DNA of 63,187 nt, the filler included, from Sphacelaria rigidula (taxonomy: Eukaryota): the NCBI GenBank assembly GCA_964200075.2. It is 8 parts of 8 records of this genome, joined end to end, with 100 filler letters (N's around TTAATTAATTAA, not from the genome) between each part and the next. Parts side by side here need not be neighbours in the genome. Positions count along the whole stretch, not along the records: positions 7,913 to 15,724 come from CAXNAA020013376.1; positions 15,825 to 23,636 come from CAXNAA020013377.1; 6 more parts are not named here. The stretch is one strand, 5' to 3'. Shown in pieces: positions 13,251 through 23,636 of this stretch. The position numbers were made by a program, and so were the translations under genes. The stretch's first letter is position 1; each line of letters opens with the position of its first letter. A model generated the notes under the pieces. It had not been told where the DNA came from, searched no databases, and saw nothing but the letters and a program-made list of their open reading frames with translations.

Positions 13251-15383
13251 ATGAGTGGAAACCCTCTAAACCCGCAAGCTCAACCGTTCTACCCAGATGG
13301 ATCAGCTCAACAGTCGCAACAGCCTTCAGTGCAAGCCGCACAGCAGCAGCAACCTGTCGTCCCTGTTCAGCAACAACAGGCTGTCGCACCCCCTCAGCAG
13401 CAGGTTGTTGGCCCCGTTCAGCAACAGCAAGCTGTCGCACCTCCGCAGCAACAGTTTGTTGGACCTGTACAGCAACAGCAGGCTGCCGTACCCCCTCAGC
13501 AACAGGTTGTTGGACCTCTTCCGCAGCAACAAGTAGCCGCGCACCCTCATCAACAGATTGCTGCGCCCATCCTGCCACAGCAGGTGGTGGCGCCGCCGCA
13601 GCAGCTAGCTCTACAACAACAACAGCAAGGACACCTTGGCCCGATGCATCCGCATGTCCCGTTGTCCGTTCCTCCGCCTTCTCAGCCGGCAATTCCATTC
13701 CCTGCGCCCCAGTGGGCCCCTCAAGCTCCGGCCGCCGGGAATCTTGCGTATTCCCAGCTTCCACCTCCGCCGCCGTTGCCCCCGCAGCGCCGCTCTAGGT
13801 ATGTGGTTGCACCGGACCCAATCAGTCTATACTGCAACCCGTTCTATGGATCCCTAAATCCTTCGGGTACAACACCAGCCGCCCAGTCAAGATTGGACGG
13901 GCTGACGCCGTATGGAACCACGTACCCCCGTGTTCCCGCACCACCTGCACAGCCATTTAACCGCGACTGGTCAGCAGTACTAAGACACAGGGAAGCGGTA
14001 TCCCGTCAGGCAAACACCTTAGCCAAGAATCTAGGCTCCAAGGACGCTGACGCCGTGGTGTACAAGGGGCAATCGGTAGAACACACTGCAGAGTTGACGT
14101 ATCGCAACTCCGCAGTCTTGTTTCTAAATCATTTCCGTACCACACTAGCGGCGTACGAAGGGGGGGGTTGGAGGGTACCCACTGACGCACATATGACAAG
14201 CAAGCCGTTGAAACCCCAAGCGGACCAATACACGGATAGACGTAGAGACCTATTAATGCGGGTGATGTTGCAAACTTCTGCGACATGCACAGAGATGACC
14301 AGCTGGCGGGAGTCGCAGGTTACGGTACTCGGGGTAACAGGAGATACCATGCGCGTACCATTTGGGGATTTAACCGTCCTAGAGTGGCTCAGGAAACTAG
14401 TTATCGAGGAAGCAAGAATGGGCACACGCCATGCGGCAGCTGCACTGGTAAACGTAAAGCTGATCAAGAACGAGAGTTACGTAGCGGCAGCCCACCGTCT
14501 AGTTTTGTTGACCATGGCGGCCACAGTCTCCCCAGCTTCACCACACCTCGCGGAAGAGGAACATTTTTGGAGGGCGGCTTCGGAAGATCTAGTCTTGCGG
14601 TTGTGTGGGATCTTCCATAAGTTGGTAATCCCCAACACGGCGGCACAGCTAGTATCGCATACTCTGCTACAGATACCCAACAAGGCCTTGGAGGACGAAG
14701 TCCGTTCGACACCATTTAACCACGGAGATCCGTGCAGCCCCGCAATGAAGAGGCGAGGACGCATTACGTATCGCATATATAGTGAGTTCGTATCGGCCAT
14801 CCAACGCCACTGTGAATGTACCCGGACGACAGCGGACATGATAAATAGCGCTACAGCAGCTCTAACCCGCCCGACACACAAACCTACATATGCGGGGTTA
14901 GTGGAGACCAAGAAGCGACTCTTGAGGAAAGCGGAGGGAGAAGCCCTTGAAGAAGACTTCAACTCCATCGCCGCCTTCAGTAACCAGAAGGCGTCAACGC
15001 CACGCGGCGGCACGCCTTTCGGGGCATCCCCGTCGACTCGCGAAGCGCGGAAGCGTCCGCGAGAAGAGTCAGGAAAGCAGAACAAGCGTGTCAGGTTCGA
15101 CACGCGAGGAGATGCACCGGCGACAGGTTTCATTCCCGCCCAAGATGCACCCAAAGGGGAGCGTGACGTCGCCATACGTCTTCTGGGCGTGTGCTTCAAC
15201 CATGCGTATGGGCGGGACTGCAGCAGCAACGACACAGGGAGCTGCAAGTTTTCCCATCACAAAGGCCTCATCCCCTTCGGCTGTTACAAGCAGCCGGGGC
15301 AGTCCCAAGCAAAGCCCAAGGCAAGGAGAGATAAACTGATGAGCCTACAACTGGGGGACTTGTTCGGGCTTATCGACAATTAG
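13251..15383 (+). CDS. Gag-like protein: N-terminal PAM2-like motif, Q/P-rich repeats, C-terminal CCCH-type zinc finger
   Basis: Intronless ORF of about 710 codons. LNPQAQPFYP at 13266-13295, 17-aa Q/P repeats, and C-x8-C-x7-C-x3-H at 15192-15257. An in-frame protease motif lies downstream. Confidence 0.7.
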   Translation: MSGNPLNPQAQPFYPDGSAQQSQQPSVQAAQQQQPVVPVQQQQAVAPPQQQVVGPVQQQQAVAPPQQQFVGPVQQQQAAVPPQQQVVGPLPQQQVAAHPHQQIAAPILPQQVVAPPQQLALQQQQQGHLGPMHPHVPLSVPPPSQPAIPFPAPQWAPQAPAAGNLAYSQLPPPPPLPPQRRSRYVVAPDPISLYCNPFYGSLNPSGTTPAAQSRLDGLTPYGTTYPRVPAPPAQPFNRDWSAVLRHREAVSRQANTLAKNLGSKDADAVVYKGQSVEHTAELTYRNSAVLFLNHFRTTLAAYEGGGWRVPTDAHMTSKPLKPQADQYTDRRRDLLMRVMLQTSATCTEMTSWRESQVTVLGVTGDTMRVPFGDLTVLEWLRKLVIEEARMGTRHAAAALVNVKLIKNESYVAAAHRLVLLTMAATVSPASPHLAEEEHFWRAASEDLVLRLCGIFHKLVIPNTAAQLVSHTLLQIPNKALEDEVRSTPFNHGDPCSPAMKRRGRITYRIYSEFVSAIQRHCECTRTTADMINSATAALTRPTHKPTYAGLVETKKRLLRKAEGEALEEDFNSIAAFSNQKASTPRGGTPFGASPSTREARKRPREESGKQNKRVRFDTRGDAPATGFIPAQDAPKGERDVAIRLLGVCFNHAYGRDCSSNDTGSCKFSHHKGLIPFGCYKQPGQSQAKPKARRDKLMSLQLGDLFGLIDN

Positions 15384-15497
15384 GACGGAGATCGGGGATT
15401 CGACCACACCCTGGACCAACCAGGAAATGACGCGGAAGAGGACGTCGAGACGGTGGATGCGCTGAGCAACCGGTTCGACGCCACAGGCGAGGAATGA

Positions 15498-15662
15498 AGG
15501 TGCGCCCTGGGGCCGCAGTCCCCGGGGGACAGCGTAGAGGCGGATAGATTAGCAGTAGTGAAAAGGGTTGATGCACAGCAATTGTGGGTGCAAGCTAGAG
15601 TTTGGCACCACAGTACAAGTGGCCTCGGTTTACCAGTAACGGTGTTACTGGACACCGGGGGG
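15498..15662 (+). pseudogene. Start of retroviral-type aspartic protease (pol), truncated
   Basis: VTVLLDTGG (D codon at 15651) in the same frame as the Gag-like ORF. Protease-like sequence stops right after the G-run. Confidence 0.65.
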
Positions 15663-15824
15663 GATGTACTCATGATCATGCATGCCATAGTCATAAGACC
15701 ATTGACCTCGCATCCCTACAATGCNNNNNNNNNNNNNNNNNNNNNNNNNNNNNNNNNNNNNNNNNNNNTTAATTAATTAANNNNNNNNNNNNNNNNNNNN
15801 NNNNNNNNNNNNNNNNNNNNNNNN

Positions 15825-15901
15825 TTGTATTTTTTCTTTATTATTCTGTTCTATTTTTGCTGCTCCTGACCACGGGCTGGATTGTTGCAATCAGCTAATG
15901 T

Positions 15902-15932
<31 letters not shown>
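15825..15932 (+). mobile_element. 3' end of a non-LTR retroposon with an (AATC)n tail
   Basis: TTTGCTGCTCCTGACCACGGGCTGGATTGTTGCAA..TGTG.GATAA followed by (TCAA)n. Second copy at about 41720-41784. Confidence 0.7.
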
Positions 15933-16193
15933 GTACGAAATTCTTGTTGCATCTCGGTCAACACTACAACCGTAGTGATGCCAAACTTCAACTCGCTCGA
16001 GTACCGATGTCGCGAGGACAAGCGGAAGCTTACATTGGTGGAACTACTGTATCGTTCCACTAGTAGATCTGCTAGGTAGCTGAGATGTGGGGCCACATTC
16101 AGCCCAGAAGTAGCAATTAATGAAAGTACCACAGCGCTCGGTCGCACGAGAACGATTGTCGTTACAGCAAGCTCTTCTCGGTCTGTCTCTCAC

Positions 16194-16934
16194 CATGTCA
16201 TTGACAATGATGGCCACGGATAAGCCTTCCGCCTTTGCCTGCCGCAGCGCATTACGCATTAGGGTAGTCTTCCCTGCCCCAAGAAATCCCGACAGCAGCG
16301 TCACCTTCATCATTTTTTCACCGCCATCACGACCATCTACCGCCGCCGGAACGGCATCTTGCAACAACTCCTCTACTGTGCCAGTTTCACTCACGCCCAT
16401 CGGTCCAGCTGCAGCGTTAGCAACGACGGGAGTAGAAGACGAACCTATCCTACGCGTACTGTAACTGCGACTATTACCAGATGCCACAGCGATAGGGCTT
16501 GCGTTGTAGAACGAGGGCTGACGCGATCTTCGGCCACGGTCGTTGGTTTGTTCGTTCGATGACCAGCGCGGAGCAGGCAACGGGTGTATCCTGTTGGTGT
16601 GACTGCGAGTGCGAGATACGCTCCTGGTGTTCATGTTGCCCCATTTGGATGGTGAAACGGATGTAACATACCCTGTCGTGATCATAGCAGCAGAAGAAGG
16701 AGGGACTGCGGAAAACTTCCACCGGTTACTATAGCTTCTGCCGCTGCCGCCACCACTCATGGCTGGTGGTACTGCTACTTCTCCCACGAGGACGGCAGCA
16801 TGCAGCTGTCGTCGATATCCTGCTGCATGGTCGGCTGACGTAATGGTTGCGAGGAAGACCGGTGGTGGCCTTCGTGTCGTCCCAGCGACCGCGTTAACAA
16901 GAAGGGCACAGCATAGTGATGATCTTGGTGACAT
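16194..16934 (-). CDS. First exon of a CobW/COG0523 (G3E P-loop GTPase, metallochaperone) gene with a long N-terminal extension
   Basis: KVTLLSGFLGAGKTTLM (Walker A) and VAIIVNDM, followed by a GTGAGA splice donor at 16193. Hydrophobic N-terminus. No further exons recognised in this contig. Confidence 0.85.
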
Positions 16935-18667
16935 TCCCCTCCTTCCAGGTAGAGGTTGGAAGGTGGAGATGGACGGTCAGTGCCAGGGAGCTAGACGACG
17001 TGATGGTTTGCGTATATTTGTATATGACCCATGCCTCAGCGTTCAGACCCGAAATCGTTCCGAAACTCACAACCATTGCGTGATCATAGATGTTAAATTA
17101 ATGTCGATAATTGTACCTCATTTGAAAAAGGCCCAGAACAAAGCTTGATAGATACATAGATATCATATAGTACTGATTTCCACTGAAAAAAGAACAACAA
17201 AGTGTCATGATCATAATAGACGTGTGGTCCTACCTCCGACCAACGGGACTGGAAATGCTTTTTTGGCTCGAACCAGCCCAGGCGCGGTATCACGCACCTG
17301 CCGGCCCTACGACATGCGCGTGTCTAGATTGCGGGAGCGACAATAGGTGGGTGGATTCTCGTCTATTCCTTAGTGTTTATTCCTATGTATTTTTTTCGTG
17401 GAGTGAGATGTGAAGTGCTCTGCTGCTGTGCATACGAGTCGTTTCGTTTTCATACAAGAGTAGTACCAAAACACGGGAGCTCTTCAGCATTTTGAAATGA
17501 TCGACTACTGTATTCGTGACGGTGTTTAACACCCTGTATGATGAGTTTTTCGTCGTATATTATCTCGACAAAAGAAAAAGACCCTGAAGTCCCCGGAGAC
17601 CTCGTTTGCCGAATATATCCCGAGTAAATCTTCCCAACAACACGAAATTGGGGGGCATCGCTGTTGCAGATTCTGAGAAAATCGGGCTCGAAAATCTCCT
17701 TCACGTGAGAGTGCAGCACTCTGATCTACCTTCATCTGCTCAAACAGTTGCAGTACATGTAGCCGAACATTTGTGACGCGACGAAGCCGCATTGCAACAC
17801 GGCATGCTTGTGGATGCATCATCGCATCGTCTTGCATCGCTACCACTACCTATGCTCCACCTGTGTATCGCCAGAAGGATGGTAGAGCTGTAGCGCTTGG
17901 CTTTATCTGTAGCACCTGCTGGTGCCGGTGCTGGTGCTGGTGCTGGTGATGCTACTGCGCTACTGCTGCTGCTGCAGCAGCAGCAGCAGTACAGGAGCAA
18001 TTGACAATTGACAGTTGACATAACCCATCTGTTCTTCAACTGGCTTGACCGCTGGGTTTTCTTTTGCATACTATACAGAAAAACCGGCCACAACATGTAA
18101 AATCGCTTTCACGGTGCCGGGATAACAACAAGTGCCCCCTCTGCAACCTCATCGCATGTCATTTTTGCACGCGCGCCCGACGACGGAGGAAAAACGCACG
18201 TGACAGGTGAACGCTCCGCTGTGTCGAATTGTGTGTTCAACTTGACACCCTTCCACGATCAAAATCCATTCTCCGGCGGTCCCCTGTCATCTCTATTTTG
18301 ATCCCTTTGTATTATTTTTTCCCCTAGGAAGATCTTTGGTTGGGATCACATTTCACAGTAATTACTTGGTACAATACTTGAAGTACAACGGAGTGCGGTG
18401 TGTGTTCTGCGATCATTTCACACATCGGACAGATCAGCTTGTGACAGATCCGGGTCAACTCATTTCAGGCATAGATCGTGTTATGTCCGAGGTGTGCTGT
18501 CACCCGTGCACGCTTGTCCGATGGTGCTCTGTAGGACCCGGTTGACCCGTATATGTTTGCCGAGCGACGAGCTGTACTGCCCGCTTCACACACACTTTCG
18601 TGTACAATTGATCTGCAAACCCCTTCAGCCCCACGTCTCCCTGCGACATTTTTCATATTCGAAAGCT

Positions 18668-19232
18668 TGATGAGATAGTGCGATGTTTTCACCTCAACGT
18701 TCACCTTCGACGAGGGCGAGATTCGACCTTCGACCCAAGCTGTCAGTGCCTGAAAGTATGCGCGCAATGGGCAATACGCGGAGCCCTGATGATGGATCTG
18801 ACACTTTGATTCTGAAAAACGGAAATCTGATTCTGAAAAACGGAAATACACGATGAACACAGGAAACACCGGAACGCAAGAAGAGCGTCTCTGTTTCCTT
18901 CGGGCTAAAGTTTTCTTTGGACCACGTTGCTGTGTATGTGTGGCTGTATCGTGCACAACACACGATAACGTAATGCTGATCAGATAGTCCAATGATTTTC
19001 CATCACCGTTCACCTTTGACGAGCGCAAGATTCCACGTTCACCAAAGCTGTTAGTGCCTAAATATGCATGTAATTGGCCATACGCGGAGCCCTGATGGTG
19101 GTCCCGACGTTTTGATTTTGAAAAACGGAAATACACCAAAACGCAAGAAAAGCGTCAATGTTTCCTTCAGGCTGGAGTTCTCTTTGGGCCGTATATGGCT
19201 GAATATGTGCAACACACTCACGTTGAAGCGGC
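18668..19232. repeat. Diverged tandem duplication, about 310-bp unit, two copies (probable TE interior)
   Basis: AGATAGT..CGTTCACCTT.GACGAG..ATACGCGGAGCCCTGATG..TGAAAAACGGAAATACAC occurs at about 18670 and about 18980. Confidence 0.8.
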
Positions 19233-20697
19233 AACACGATTAGTTTTCCTTACAGCGTAGGCGTCCAATCAGTGAGAGGGTAAGCAAGAACAATGAAAAC
19301 CTGCAGCTTACCACCCGGCGCTTTTTCGCAGGCCTTTCTTTGCTTCGATTTCTCGGAGTTCGGTGAATTTTTTGAGTCGCAGTTTTTTTGTTTCTTATCT
19401 CTTTCTGGGTTGTTTATTATTTGGCAACCGCAGCTTTTATTGTTCATGTGCAACACATGACGTTCAGACGGTAACGCGATTATATTTCCTGGCACCATAG
19501 GCGTCTGACTCGTGTGAGCGCGACATATGCGTGCGTGATATCAATACGATTTCAATCAACAAAAATAATAGATGCTGTGTTTGTTGCCTGTTTGCAGGCT
19601 TCCGCACGGCGCTTTTTTCGTCGGCCGTTCTGTGTTCCTTAGATTCGATTTCCCGGGGCTCGGGGTTCGGTGAATTTAACAGCCGATTTGCCGCGGTTCG
19701 GTGAATTTTGGAGCCGAATTTTATTGTCTCTGTCCCGGACGTCTATGCTGTGTGACACATTCGGGTGTTCCGCGTTCTCCACACTTTTGAAACGTACAAC
19801 AAAGTTCAGTGTGTTTCATCCACCATCCCACGCTCTCAACGTTTGCGTTCCTTGATACCAATCATGCCACACCCATGCCGGATCTTCCTTCTTCTACTCA
19901 TCACGTATAACACAGTTTCATAACCGAAACACTCATCAAATCTCTGGTTCAACCTCTCGGTAGGAGTCATTATCTTTACCGTCGCCCAAATTAAATTCTT
20001 CCCTTTCCACGCCTATTGTGGAGGACGGGGCCGCCGAGAGGCGGCCTCTTTCGATCCTTGTATGGTATAATAAAAGCTGCCCTTACCCGTGGAATCCGAA
20101 TGTAGAAACAAGAAACAGTTTCCCGCTCCCGTAAGATCCGGATCAAGTATACATGAAAACTGAAGAAAACAGTGTTCAGTATTCCTCACCTGCTAACCTA
20201 TATGGTCCGGATGCAATGCATGTTCACAAGTCCGTAGGTTGACTGTGGCAGCCCGGCTCATGGAACCCGAAGTACGTATATTTATTTCGAGTGGTTCCAC
20301 GGTAGGGGTGCACATATCCCCCTAAAGCTGTGCACTGTCGAAAACAACATGCCAGCGGCAGTATGGACGACTGCTTTGTTATTTCCTTGGTCAGGGTGCA
20401 CACTCATGCGTGACTGGAAAAAGAAGGAACAAGATACAGCTTCGTATATGCTCAGTTGACTCATCATGACCTTGTTCGGGAAGCGTCTGACGAAAAATTC
20501 CGTACAAGAGTCATCGACATGGACATTGCCGGCGTTCATGGAGCACGGGTACCCCCCGCAAGCCTGCTCGACGATCAGCCGTATGGCCTATGCGATCTGC
20601 GATTAATCTCTATCTGCATGGCCTGCTCAACCTTGAACACATTTCTCGTGTGGTGACCTAAAGAACCCGGTTGCTCTGCACCCTTGGCGTGATGAAT

Positions 20698-20797
20698 GAT
20701 CTGTATGACCCGTGTGATTCGTACAAGTCTGCCTGATGATGATCTATATGACCCGCGTGATTCGTACAAGTCTGCCTGATGGTGATCTGTATGACCC
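20698..20797. repeat. 43-bp minisatellite, about 2.3 copies
   Basis: GATCT.TATGACCCG.GTGATTCGTACAAGTCTGCCTGAT units start at 20698 and 20741, with a partial unit at 20784. Confidence 0.85.
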
Positions 20798-21631
20798 GAG
20801 TATTAATGCAAACCTGCCATGGGTGATTTGTATACTCTGTTCATCCGCACATCACCTCCTTGGGCACACCTGTGTAATCCGAACCAGGTGTACTCGAAAC
20901 GTCGAAAACAACCTGTGTACCCTCATAACTTGTACAAGATACCTACTTTCCTCGTGATCGATGATACCCGGAACATGAGGACCGTTCCAGAAGTAGTTGC
21001 ACTGTGTCATTCGAATCGTGTACACAAATGTGATCACGCTCCACCTGTATGACCTGGGTTCCATAGAAAATGATATTCCCGACGTGTGGATCCTTTCTAC
21101 GAGTACATCCATCATACTTGGAAGCGTAAGTACCTACAGCGCCTCGAAATAGCCAGAGTAGTTTTCAACTGCCCCGTTAAACCCGTAAAGTTCCGACGGA
21201 GCTCAGGTTGGCTGACAACGCATGTCGTGCTGCAGACGCTTTGAGGCCCGTGCCGTTGGTACATACTTTTAGTGGCGTGCTGATACTGTATTTATTTGGC
21301 AAGCAGAGGGTGTCCCTGGGGTCCGCTTAGTCCTCGGGCCAGCGAAATCGATATCCGACCCGCACACGCGTATCTCAAATGTGAGCAAAAATGACAAGCC
21401 ATTCATTCGTTGAGGGAGCAAGTCAACAGCCTTTCGGTACGTTGCGTTCAGGGGTGGGTGGCGTATCTCACGATTGTTCCCGTCCTTCCGTGTAAAAATA
21501 ACTTCGCCTCGGCGGTGTGTTTTGCAGGATTTTGCTACTTTCGCAACGTTCTTTGTGTTCTTTCCCCTTTCGCAACTCCGCCGGTGTGTTGAAACCCAAA
21601 ATGCTCGCTATCAGATCAGCTGAAATGTTGC

Positions 21632-21991
21632 TGTGTGTTATCATCCCATCTATTATTCTGGACACAAGTCTACACCTTTCGGTATAAGACGATTCAGCCG
21701 GGGGGTTACCCAGGAAGGCCAACAAAGGAGTTTTTCTTTGTCTTCTTTTTATTTGCTTTAGTTTTCCACGCTCCTTCTGCGGTGCTTGCCTTGTTTTCGA
21801 TCGCGAAAGGGATCCAGCGGTCCCTATCCCTCGTCGACCGTGAAGTTGTATTTTGTGTACCCACGACATGATCGCTCTCCACTGTTGGGCATGGTGTGAA
21901 AAAAAATCCCAGATCGTGCTACTGCACCAAGATTCGAACCCACGACTCAACCGTCAGAATTTTTCGAGGTTACCAGCTGAGCCACCGGGGC
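21632..21991 (-). mobile_element. tRNA-derived SINE, full-length copy (about 360 bp)
   Basis: Head GCCCCGGTGGCTCAGCTGG (A box) and GGTTCGAATC (B box). Body shared with 41401-42023. (CA)n tail. Confidence 0.85.
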
Positions 21992-22445
21992 GAACGGCTT
22001 GAAAGTACTGCAGTATCTTCCCTCCAGCGCTCTTCGTCCTGCTAATATTGGGATGAAATGAGGTCCTTAGCCCCGCCGGCGCCCTCGCCCAGACTTTCGC
22101 TCCCGGCACTTGGGGGCTCACCCATACTTCTCGTTTCCTCCGCCGTCACGCGTATTTTTATTACTGTTGAAAGTCGCCCGGGAGAGATGAGATGACTCCT
22201 CGAGACCACGGACTCGTCCTGAGGAAGGAGAGGGGTTCAAAGTGCGACAAAAAAAGTATTTTTATTGCTACATATCCATTTTATAGGTATTACTGCTCAC
22301 TCCCCCCATTGCCCGCGAAAGGATCTTCATATATATATATATATATCGCCCAGAAGTCATTTTTTTGCTAGATCTAGGTGTGCTACTGTAATAGGTTGTT
22401 GGTGTCCGCGTATTCTGCTCCTGCGCTCGCCAATACCCTTGCCCC

Positions 22446-23520
22446 TTACTCTTTTTGGCGCAACGTTTGCCTTACATATCTACGTGCTGTCCTTCTCGAT
22501 TTCCACCCTATCCCCGGCATAACCGCCGCCACAACCTGCCCTGCTATCGTTCGCGCCACCGCCACCGCCACTCCCTCTCTACCCGAATGCGTCGAAAACT
22601 TCTCATCCCCAAACCCGGCCCTCTGCGCATGCTTTTGGGCGTAATCGCGGTATCACCCTTAGCTTGCCTTATATCCTCTGGTGCTCCCGTGTCTGGGAAG
22701 AGGAAACCCTGTCTGCCCTGCAAGCCACGTGATTTCATCGCCTGACTGTGCAAATCCAGCGCCGCTACCACGCACGTGTGTCCGTCATATCTCGATCCGG
22801 CGCTACATGGCACATACGTGTAAAACTCTCCCTCGGCGTTTTTTGTGAAGAGGAAATGCGAAGCTATTCCTTGTATCGTCCGGCAGGCGCAGAAGACTGC
22901 TTGTCATCATGTGCGCGTCATATCCCCCGCTCGACTTGCCGTTCTAACACGCTACCGTGAACAAGGCCATGTCCTTGAGCAACGCAATCCTTTCCCTCGG
23001 CTGCTCACTTGTGTGTTCTGTAACTGACCACTCGTCAGCGTTAGCCAGTATCTCCGTGTACGCGTAGCACAGTATTGATACATGTAGTGCTTGTTTAGTG
23101 ATGCATGCGCATACCGCTCCGCACACCCAAAGCCTAACCCTTGACGTTGCTCCAGCCCGTCCGCGGCTACCTCCGGGCATTGCGTATCATGAATATGTAG
23201 ATGCCAAGCAATCAACCACTTGCTCTGCCGTCGCGCTTTGCGCACCCTATGGCGCCTCCCGAACGTTGCCTGATGAAACTATCAAGATCATCCGCCACAA
23301 CATTCGTGTGCCTGTGCTGTTCCTTAGCTTCTCTCGCTGTGGCAAAAGCTGCGAATCTCTCATTATTCCAAGTAAAAACATCATCAACTGTCAAAGGTCT
23401 CTCCCCTTCGGGCCTCGGTGCGGGCCGCGCTGTTTCTGCCGGCACTCCGCAATTTTGACAGAACCTGTACTTCCCATTATATTGCCCCAGGAACGCCTTG
23501 TACAACACTGCTGGCCCCCG
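22446..23520 (-). pseudogene. Tyrosine recombinase of a DIRS/Ngaro-like element, frameshifted and internally deleted
   Basis: Manual translation of 22610-22446 gives FSTHSGREG...IGWKSRRTARRYVR (HxxR, W, catalytic Y). Upstream are GFLFP, LLRLPDD, RIALLKDMALF and an N-terminal YRFCQNCG zinc ribbon. Confidence 0.8.
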
Positions 23521-23573
23521 ATCCGCGATTCTGGTAGCTTCTGGATGCGCTCCACGCGATATTCCGCCCGTAC

Positions 23574-23636
23574 GCCCCGGTGGCTCAGTTGGTAACCTCG
23601 TAACCTTCTGATGGTTGAGTTGGGGGGTTCGATTCC
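23574..23636 (+). mobile_element. tRNA-derived SINE head, cut by contig end
   Basis: GCCCCGGTGGCTCAGTTGGTAACCTCG...GGTTCGATTCC. Confidence 0.8.

Noticed and set aside
14477-15247. 256-aa antisense ORF (and 13189-13764)
   Set aside because: Shadow ORFs of the GC-rich, repetitive Gag frame, with no motifs.
17961-17991. (CTG)n(CAG)n palindrome as a functional hairpin
   Set aside because: Simple microsatellite inversion. Such tracts are common in this sequence.
20698-20797. CRISPR-like array
   Set aside because: Head-to-tail units with no unique spacers, no cas genes and a eukaryotic context.
22952-23508. Fanzor/TnpB nuclease (suggested by the CxxC motif)
   Set aside because: No RuvC motifs seen. 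The downstream HxxR/W/Y residues identify a tyrosine recombinase.
23574-23636. Genuine tRNA gene
   Set aside because: Same head as four other diverged copies, and the longer ones continue into a SINE body. The D-arm is poor and no acceptor-stem 3' strand is seen in the complete copies.
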